Part shown: positions 9,201 to 14,216 of the stretch, piece after piece
Position numbering within the stretch: the stretch's first letter is position 1
Layout of the letters: each line of letters opens with the position of its first letter
Assembly: GCA_965657355.1 (NCBI GenBank)
Contig: CBFHOE010000001.1
Coordinates: 618,744-632,959, forward strand
DNA: 14,216 nucleotides
Origin: Limisphaerales bacterium
Lineage (GTDB): Bacteria; Verrucomicrobiota; Verrucomicrobiia; Limisphaerales; JAJOIW01
Direction of reading: 5' to 3'
Program-made: the position numbers and the translations under genes
Notes under the pieces: model-generated
What the model was told of the DNA's origin: nothing
The model's input: the letters and a program-made list of their open reading frames with translations, nothing else
Databases searched by the model: none

Positions 9201-12200
9201 ACGTAGAATATTTCTCCGATTGCAGCATCATTGAAAATGACAGATTCCGTACCACCCTCATTCACAGACTTAAAGGCATTTTCAACAGAGGTTGGATTTA
9301 GATCTAGTAAACCAGCATCACCGCGAGAAACATACAAGTCCACATCAGCAGAAAGATTGCGTCTTGGATTAGAGAGGTTTGGTGCAAGGAAGGTGGTGAA
9401 GGCTACATTTTGTCCATTAGTTAAAACGGCATTCTCAGTTTGGATGAATGTGTTGGTGAAGGCATAGAATTTCCACTGATTTGTTTGTCCATTTTCCCCA
9501 GCTAAGATTGGCGAGTTCGCCGATGTTCTTTGGTATAGTAGTGCTAAGCCATTTGTTATAGTGGTTGTTTCTTCGGCTTTTGTCGTAAAGACAGGAGTGG
9601 GAACTATGCTAATAGCATTGGTCACGGCGTTATCGGTGGTCGAAACTACCAGGGCGAAATCCTGAGCAATCTTGTTTTCGTGCCCTTTTAGAGCATTCAC
9701 GTTGACGCGATTACCGAGCACTTTAATCGTGTAATTAGTCGAAAGTGGACCCCTGATAAAAATATTTTCAACATTATTAATTTTGTCGTGCACCGAGGTT
9801 TCAATAGCCGGAAGCACATAGTCAGTTCCCTCTGGAATATCATTACCTATGAAGTAATTTGTGGCATTGTGGTTGGTAATAACTAGGTCCAAATCGTTGA
9901 CCAGCTTCACGCCAGCATTTGGATTCCCCGGTGGATCTGTCCAGACAAGAGTTACTTTTAAGTCTGATTCGGCTTCTATGGCTTCCTCGGAAATTGTGAG
10001 ATCCCAGCTAATTTCTTCACCAGTGGTGAGGGAGTTTTCAATGGATTGATCCGCAAATTGCACTGCTGAAGGATTTGAAGAAAACGGCGTTGCCGGCAGA
10101 CTATTTGTTAAATTAACAACGCCCCACCCCTGATAATTTATGCCGAAGGACTCTGAAAACGAGTAGATAGTATTAATATTTCTTGCCCCATTGATGAGCA
10201 TCGATTTCAAAAGCGCCGGGCTTTGAGTATATCCATTGTTTTCCAAGTATTCTGAAAACAAAGTCACGATCCCTGTCACAATAGGGGCGGCCATACTTGT
10301 CCCGTCCAGAAATTTATAATTGGGCAATACTTTCTTGTTGAGCTGTTGCCTTGCGTCTTCTTCCTCGTCCCCACCCGGCACAATTGTTTCTACAAGAATT
10401 CTAATGGAATATGTTTGGTCATCACCTGTTTGGTTCAAAATCGCATAGTTGAGAATTTGGCCTGCTTGCAGGTCTATATCTCCAGGGGTAGCAAAAGCGG
10501 CGTTTCCAACCAAGTCTTCCGATGTAGGAATTGTGTTGTAAGCAGCATAAATTGGTAGCGACAGAACATTTGGATCGACCGGGATATTACCATTCATGAT
10601 CTCAACGGTTACGGTTCTGGAATTTGCTGGAATCCGGTATGAGTAATAGGTCAATTCATCAGACCGAAATGGCTGGTCCTCAAGCCATATAGCCTCCGTT
10701 TCAATAGATTCTGATGCGTCAGGGGCATCACTCGACCATGTAGAAACGATAAAAGTCCCAGGCGCAACAATATCAGGTTTACGTCGGCCGGCCTGTCCTT
10801 CTATCCCTATTCCAGTATTACCTCGGGAAGAAAATTGTGCCACTTGGTTGTCAGAATCTGTATCTCCCCTGAAAGGCGAAGGCAAATCAATAGGTTCATC
10901 TTCGGAACCGATTGTGAAGCTGTTAGTGATATTTCTATAATTTTCGATGGCACCAACGGTAATAACATTCTTGGCATTTCCAGGTGATCGAATGGTATTT
11001 TGAGCACCTCCCCCACCGAGGCTATCACCCTGCCCTTCATTTCCAGCTGCGAAAACGTAGACAATAGGTTGGTCTCCAGTCGTCGTATCCAAGGCATCTC
11101 TTACCGCAGCATCATACCTGGCGGAGGCTGATGAATAACCGTAGGCCCCCAGATAGCCCCAACTGTTATTGGATATAATTGGATTTGTTCTGTTGAGTGA
11201 AAGGTAATTTAATTCTGCTGCTTTGGATATCAGGTAAAAATCTCCTTTGGGAGGTCCGACATCCAGCTGAATCGGAAGCGCATAGATTTGCGCTTCCGGA
11301 GCCACCCCTCTGAAATTAGCATCAGGAACAGAACCAAGTGCAGCTGGATTGCCGTCCTCATCTGGTCCCGGAGAACTTAATCCGCTGCTTGCGATACTTC
11401 CAGCGACATGTGTTCCGTGTCCGTTAAAGTCAGAGAGAGTGGTCAAATCAATGGGATCGCCGGGGAAAACTCGACCGGCAAGGTCGGGATGGCCAGCGTC
11501 GACACCAGTGTCATTTACGTTGACCGGTATCCCAGATCCAGTCAGACCAAAATAATTGGTGCTGGTTATTGTGTCTGGTGCTACGCCTAATCTTTCACGA
11601 GCAATGTCATTTAGTATTTCTCTTCTAGTAAAAGGTTCAACCGCCATCACGGCGTCGCTTAAGGCTAAATCTATCCAGTCTTCTGATTGAGGCGCGACTA
11701 CAAAACTTGGGCCAAAGGGATTTTTGTCTTCAAAAACAATCTCTGCATCAAAAGTTTGGACAAGTTCACGCAATGCATATTCTTTTCCAGGATACCCAAT
11801 AAGATTAAGCCATTGATTATCCCCTAACGGTTCCCGGTCCATCGCGCTATCCAGAAGGGATTCCTTTAGTTTAAAATATGGCTCCCAAGGTATGACGGAT
11901 TTGATATTTTTATGACCTACGCTTGGTTCTAAATGCTGAGCTTCTCCTGAAACGAGCAAAGCATTGTTTGGTATGTATGATACTACTTCTCCATGGAGGT
12001 CTTGAATCAATTTATACTCATCAATAGTTATGGCTTTGGAGAACTGTATGATATACCCACCAACAGGCCCTTGAGCTTTTAAATGTTCAGGAATGTCTAA
12101 ATCTACTTCATTGTCCGTATCAATAAGCGCATTCTCCAAAACAATCCCAGAATCGGAATTGATGACCTGATCAATTGTTTTATCAGAATTATTAAGTCTC

Positions 12201-12529
12201 AATGGTCTTTCATTTAACTTCTGTATCTGGGATTCAAGCTTGTTGGAGGAGCCAGTCTTTGCAGAACTATCTTTGACGGATCCGTTAGCACTCGAGGCGA
12301 CAACATCGATGTTCCCTTCGGAAAGCAAAGTCTGAACCGAACCTTTAGGAATATCATGATCCTTATTTTGAACTTGGCTTAGTTTAATATCTGTTTCTTG
12401 AAGAATCCCTATGGTGACAACCTCCTTGTTTTGTCTTTCCAAAAGCTTATCTCCAAACCTCCAAGCAAAAAGGCTTATAGCTATACAGATCGCACCAACT
12501 GCGAATAATATGGGACGAGTAAGTCGCAT
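3203..12529 (-). CDS. Giant (3108 aa) secreted or membrane-anchored S8 subtilisin-like serine protease of KP-43 type, with P-domains, PPC-like repeats and repeated C-terminal modules
   Basis: Hydrophobic N-terminal segment (ILFAVGAICIAISLFAW) and a prodomain (YIIQF...SYIPNNALLV). Catalytic motifs: NDTG D340 (11510-11512), HGTHVAG H371 (11417-11419), oxyanion AAGNEG N497 (11039-11041), GTSMAAP S745 (10295-10297). KP-43-like motifs: NDIAR mature start, AKNVITVGA, FSSRG, KPDIVAPG, QGWGVVNL, LKVTLVWTDPPG...LVNDLDL...NNVENI. Confidence 0.95.
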   Translation of the reverse strand: MRLTRPILFAVGAICIAISLFAWRFGDKLLERQNKEVVTIGILQETDIKLSQVQNKDHDIPKGSVQTLLSEGNIDVVASSANGSVKDSSAKTGSSNKLESQIQKLNERPLRLNNSDKTIDQVINSDSGIVLENALIDTDNEVDLDIPEHLKAQGPVGGYIIQFSKAITIDEYKLIQDLHGEVVSYIPNNALLVSGEAQHLEPSVGHKNIKSVIPWEPYFKLKESLLDSAMDREPLGDNQWLNLIGYPGKEYALRELVQTFDAEIVFEDKNPFGPSFVVAPQSEDWIDLALSDAVMAVEPFTRREILNDIARERLGVAPDTITSTNYFGLTGSGIPVNVNDTGVDAGHPDLAGRVFPGDPIDLTTLSDFNGHGTHVAGSIASSGLSSPGPDEDGNPAALGSVPDANFRGVAPEAQIYALPIQLDVGPPKGDFYLISKAAELNYLSLNRTNPIISNNSWGYLGAYGYSSASARYDAAVRDALDTTTGDQPIVYVFAAGNEGQGDSLGGGGAQNTIRSPGNAKNVITVGAIENYRNITNSFTIGSEDEPIDLPSPFRGDTDSDNQVAQFSSRGNTGIGIEGQAGRRKPDIVAPGTFIVSTWSSDAPDASESIETEAIWLEDQPFRSDELTYYSYRIPANSRTVTVEIMNGNIPVDPNVLSLPIYAAYNTIPTSEDLVGNAAFATPGDIDLQAGQILNYAILNQTGDDQTYSIRILVETIVPGGDEEEDARQQLNKKVLPNYKFLDGTSMAAPIVTGIVTLFSEYLENNGYTQSPALLKSMLINGARNINTIYSFSESFGINYQGWGVVNLTNSLPATPFSSNPSAVQFADQSIENSLTTGEEISWDLTISEEAIEAESDLKVTLVWTDPPGNPNAGVKLVNDLDLVITNHNATNYFIGNDIPEGTDYVLPAIETSVHDKINNVENIFIRGPLSTNYTIKVLGNRVNVNALKGHENKIAQDFALVVSTTDNAVTNAISIVPTPVFTTKAEETTTITNGLALLYQRTSANSPILAGENGQTNQWKFYAFTNTFIQTENAVLTNGQNVAFTTFLAPNLSNPRRNLSADVDLYVSRGDAGLLDLNPTSVENAFKSVNEGGTESVIFNDAAIGEIFYVGVKAEDQKGAEFSIMGISTDQPFSTIDEDGNHRFAGFPVGNLIPDGTPMLPGFEPVVVPGGQDILIQTVTVEASYYSENFGDILGKLSHNNKAVVLNNHSQNFGLPFVDGASGLYDSFIYDDSNSGQIVSVGVTTSDGPGDLTQFIGDRAGGPWIFNLFDNAINNRTSLESFEVVVKELVDITDGIVNGSVLPQRFEFFAVEVPGTATALEVFLSNIQPTLPLDLYVRRDLVPTLLDFDKSVSISPPGGSLTLTPNDSPPLNGGRYYIGVFNPNSETVGFSINSIITDDAEGVDLSVISLGLAPEEAIPLIDHASTESVLRVEEDERIGEMRVGVRVDHPRVSDLSFRLFSPRGDSFLLSEARGGFDANQLGSSLGDSVNGLTNHSFAVFTIDTNIVAEPLKFTDPPYFFDPETLVSTNRILVEEDFLNLEEGVFTTDSEVGAFFVTLDAVEVIGEEENVGALLGTQSGRSGGLAATFKTQSGRDYIITFEYELLRSGQGGVQIYTNGRLISFDDYIKSAANPERKVTIPIRAKSTQTTFELRSSLRRNRARLKTVTLEEVGVLQDFYVRPEETFEELTGKRAIGQWKLQISDDRAGGTETNAKLLDWKLEFNFANPDIKAVTLTNGITYSGVLTNGTRAYFKVPVPRGATISTNILDGEGDLVLLGDRQGAPIGPLDTIAAEIDYFEDFFGEDLGEYMEISTNSPPFAPLQPGNVYYLGVDNADASDDRDLNFQIRVTFDADDDFDDSGIPELVSGTSVTNTIPAGPEMVYYKFTVEDEEISSIVDLIPNEDNLDLFVAKGLLPTFNLNDVWSGNEGVLPEQISLVLDPQFDRLDQFIISPGTWYVGVLNRSDQDVEYELTYTEGLADITELNDSAFTEIETVEADSFRYFKFTAPGPTTSLTIETSDASGPLDLVAVRGAPVPSFTRFDVLGDGDENDKTISIDRNALPLINGDWYIAVFNADPDVSVNFKIRASSQEATLIGLENKVIHSDQIGWEGFIDQPIKYFVYDVSENAEALTIQLFNKTGPDNLDLLVVDSLNNGLPSDENFAYQTLIGGLAEDRLDIRSNSLPAPMHSGPWYIAVIHRGTDATLPPVEFDIVVTEKVTEINELTVNVSETSQGLLPGFEEYYKFTVGDDSQAIRLSVFDIIGDVDVYLRKDGLPSPGKNDAESKNAGQTTETLYLSQSFGTTRLQPGEYFVTVRNVGSITADYSIRYEEKKDSFSVMEPGIEESADIRFLGEVFKRELTVPENTVELVIRNLRTGGATDLDIFASRSARFPTQSDFEYESSSFFRGSNMERIRLADAGVFNTFFGEAFNFEKEEKWYISFNSESQQPGRPYRIVADVVTGIALDSITQVQGIKPNQTQYYRVPVEGFADSHSIRLLNATGNLELKVDRWFSQTGYRSFALRAGSEDPFQIEVPKSYIPGFPPTEHLYISVRNTTEELIDYDLEVSSDLVITELFNGIPYEGTHLVGEREIDSDFFKIVVPETATKATVNVYDAEFSGILAVKKGRNPLPRFATRDYEAYNRFHSNREAIVELLPDPNGRGQALLSPGEWFISVEENDDIRRPASERNYTIRVDLEGVDPGGGVEIITPEISIEGTDICLTWDAEIGTRYRLEGLKSVAADDWQSITTIVADETKEKYCLEDKDLDFVLFRVAKLPPPTTGDPDVPIQVSGISVKGDSEVCLSWQTKVDRTYLVERRDTLLGDWRQFGSRIMGTGEIIEFCIPVDEEVLSFFRVLESTGGNSGIPPTEVSEVTVVTKDNEICLQWQPEAGFKYDIELSADFGQTWTTVKSDYSVSGDEIAEYCHVVTEGVFELLRVMKYTEGGSPVGPPEEVASLSVGIVDNDLCLKWDPQSGMKYDVEISDDLGATWRTLSSDVSVTVGQEVRFCYTALNNKVELLRVMQYRVGSNPNSGPVSPIPSGTEIGGVALNSDAEGLTLTWQGTENVSYRVEGLKSVNAEWETVRNNLSGSDIISIDIDQLTGYLFFRVVVN
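3206..4417 (-). repeat. Five tandem ~70-aa protein modules (CL.W...Y..E...W...C...(F/L)RV) separated by Pro/Gly linkers at the protease C-terminus
   Basis: Unit cores: ICLTW..RYRLE..DW..YC..LFRV; VCLSW..TYLVE..DW..FC..FFRV; ICLQW..KYDIE..TW..YC..LLRV; LCLKW..KYDVE..TW..FC..LLRV; LTLTW..SYRVE..EW..FFRV. The repeat is clear at protein level and diverged at DNA level. Confidence 0.9.
4448..7339 (-). repeat. Eight tandem ~120-aa PPC-like (pre-peptidase C-terminal) beta-sandwich repeats
   Basis: Recurring pattern (I)xEL ... Y(Y/F)K(F/V)xV ... (L/V)D(L/V)(Y/F) ... LP(S/T) ... PGxWY(I/V)xVxN ... (Y/F)xI across aa 1731-2694. Examples: YFKVPVP, YYKFTVE, YFKFTAP, YFVYDVS, YYKFTVG, FKRELTVP, YYRVPVE, FFKIVVP. 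The PPC assignment comes from motif recall. Confidence 0.75.
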
Positions 12530-12579
12530 AAATTTTTTATTTTCTAGATCTTCAAATAGTAAAGATAACTGATATATTC

Positions 12580-14216
12580 CTATTCAGCCGGATCAATAAT
12601 TGAGAACTCCTCAGCTCTATATCGGAGCGTCCCACCAGCATCATTGAAAAATTGTATTAAAGTCTTGGTAACAAATTCACTTGTAGGGACGTAATTTGTA
12701 ACAAGGCCATTGAACTGGTTTGCCGTACCGACTACAGATCTTGGAGCGGGTTTCAACGTCTGACCGTAGGCGTATACAACAACCCGTGGGTCATCGTCCT
12801 TAACGAGTGACATAATCTTGCGCGGTATAGCCTCGACTAAATCCTCTGAAGGTTCGCCAGTGATATAAGGAGATAAAATTGAGAGCTCAGGGGCGGCCAA
12901 AATACCTCCCTGGTAAGGGTAGAGGTTTCTACCTCCCTGATTGAAAGTGGGAAAGACCTGGCGGCCCTGATTTATTCCAGCTACCAGAGTATTAAATTCA
13001 GGCGTTACTGGAGTGATGACAGCATCCTCGACAGGAAGAGACGGAGAGGTTTTTAGTTTGATTCCTGATAGGACGCCAGCCCATGCGGCACTGTTCGTTT
13101 GGTTGACAGAAAGTAAACCCCTTGTGGCATTATCAGACATCGCTGTTGTGAAGAGGCTGAACATGTTCCAGTCATTAGTAGGATGCGTAAAATTCCTGGT
13201 GGAATGTCCAGACCACTGGTTCCACTCTTCTGGGGTCACAAAATCATCCCCTTGCCCATGGCTTTTCATGTATACAGTCTGCCAAGGTGTCCCTCTGTGG
13301 ATAGCACCGAGTGTCCCCAACGTTGCGAACTTATGCCCTCTGGTTTCATTGTTTCTTATAAAATTATGAAGAGAAGGCTCAGTAACTCCGGGATCCTTTA
13401 TCGCAGGATTTGATTGCTGGTTTGCTACCGTGCTTAAGGTAGACACAGACGGACTGCCCCCCCAAGGCCTATACCTATCGTTTAATTTACCAAGGTTGTT
13501 GTTAGTCATGGATGGACTATTAATCATGGAGAGCGGCACCTGTATCGGTCTCGACGGGGGCTGTAATGGGTCACTCAAATCAGCAAGAGTATAGTGGACC
13601 AATGGGTCATTGGCTTGCAAAACTGTTTGCCATTTGAATTTACGAGTAGGGTTGAAAGGAGTTTGTTGAAGCGACGGTGGGGTTCGAGGGACAGCTCTTG
13701 GGTAAGTGGTCACTCCAGTCATAAACTCACTAAAAGCTGCTATAGAGTCTTCTTTATCCCGACCCTGAATAGGATCCTGGCTGAATGAGTTCCATTCTTG
13801 AACGCTTAAGCTTCCCATGGATGCCAGAATCTGGTTTTCCATACCCTGGGTTATTGGAGTAGCGGAAAATATTGAGTCCACCGTATTGGTCAACCAAAAC
13901 CGACCATCTCCATTGGAGCCGCTCTGAGAAGCCAGCGCATCACTCAGACGATAATAGTTTGTCATCGGCTGTAAATTGACGAAATCGAGGATGTGACCAG
14001 TGGCCTGATCGAACATCAAATACGTCATCCTGTTTGTCAGCGCTAAATCTAGTTGCAGAGGAGTTAAGTCCCTTTCGAAAATTGTTTTATTTGTTAGGAT
14101 CAGACTGTCCGCAACATACTGCTCATTGGTGACAATTTGGTAAGAACCACTTATGGGTATGGTAAATGAGGAATCACCATTAGCTGTGGAAGAAAAAGTA
14201 CTGTCAGTGGATGGAG
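12580..14216 (-). CDS. Large exported hypothetical protein, C-terminal part only; PilX/GspK-like (Verru_Chthon cassette protein A-like) pilus or pseudopilus accessory protein
   Basis: I read the frame upstream of Met 14028 and found no stop up to the window edge (...PSTDSTF...LDLALTNR-MTYL), so the gene is 5'-truncated. The C-terminal motifs FATLGTLGAIHRG, GLLSVNQTNSAAWAGVLSG and RVVVYAYGQ resemble the 'F.S.GEL', 'G.ININT....W' and 'F.I..YG' motifs of GspK-like and Verrucomicrobia cassette-A-like proteins. Coding status is secure; function is tentative. Confidence 0.55.
   Translation of the reverse strand, partial: PSTDSTFSSTANGDSSFTIPISGSYQIVTNEQYVADSLILTNKTIFERDLTPLQLDLALTNRMTYLMFDQATGHILDFVNLQPMTNYYRLSDALASQSGSNGDGRFWLTNTVDSIFSATPITQGMENQILASMGSLSVQEWNSFSQDPIQGRDKEDSIAAFSEFMTGVTTYPRAVPRTPPSLQQTPFNPTRKFKWQTVLQANDPLVHYTLADLSDPLQPPSRPIQVPLSMINSPSMTNNNLGKLNDRYRPWGGSPSVSTLSTVANQQSNPAIKDPGVTEPSLHNFIRNNETRGHKFATLGTLGAIHRGTPWQTVYMKSHGQGDDFVTPEEWNQWSGHSTRNFTHPTNDWNMFSLFTTAMSDNATRGLLSVNQTNSAAWAGVLSGIKLKTSPSLPVEDAVITPVTPEFNTLVAGINQGRQVFPTFNQGGRNLYPYQGGILAAPELSILSPYITGEPSEDLVEAIPRKIMSLVKDDDPRVVVYAYGQTLKPAPRSVVGTANQFNGLVTNYVPTSEFVTKTLIQFFNDAGGTLRYRAEEFSIIDPAE

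Noticed and set aside
10325..10729. Intein as the explanation for the insertion in the protease catalytic domain
   Set aside because: No N-terminal Cys with intein block A context, no His-Asn C-terminal splice motif and no LAGLIDADG motif. The segment instead resembles the protein's own repeats.
12464..12529. Lipoprotein signal at Cys15 of the protease (VGAIC)
   Set aside because: Poor lipobox: Ile at -1 instead of Gly/Ala/Ser, and the hydrophobic stretch continues past the Cys.
3847..13788. Numerous 60-136 aa ORFs antisense or out of frame to the two minus-strand genes
   Set aside because: The Ser/Thr-rich translations are what the antisense of an acidic protein gene produces. There are no motifs or independent expression signals.

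Overview
Bacterial genomic window with four genes. On the + strand are the 3' part of ahcY (S-adenosylhomocysteine hydrolase) with an intrinsic terminator, then a secreted Cys-type (S1 family) sulfatase. A 498 bp non-coding gap follows. On the - strand is a probable operon: the C-terminal ~545 aa of a large protein with PilX/GspK-like (Verru_Chthon-A-like) motifs, followed 50 bp later by a 3108-aa KP-43-type S8 subtilase. The protease has an intact catalytic triad, a domain inserted inside the catalytic domain, two P-(proprotein convertase)-like domains (one interrupted by another domain), about ten PPC-like repeats and five tandem C-terminal 'L.W...Y..E...W...(F/L)RV' modules, four of which carry a Cys pair. 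The protein styles suggest a marine Verrucomicrobiota (Pedosphaerales/Limisphaerales-like) genome; this is inference from recalled patterns, not a search. The best candidate for an undescribed system is the pilin-accessory-like protein plus giant protease pair, with its repeated C-terminal module and a sharply regional Thr-Asn bias. No mobile elements, CRISPR arrays, tRNA or rRNA were seen.
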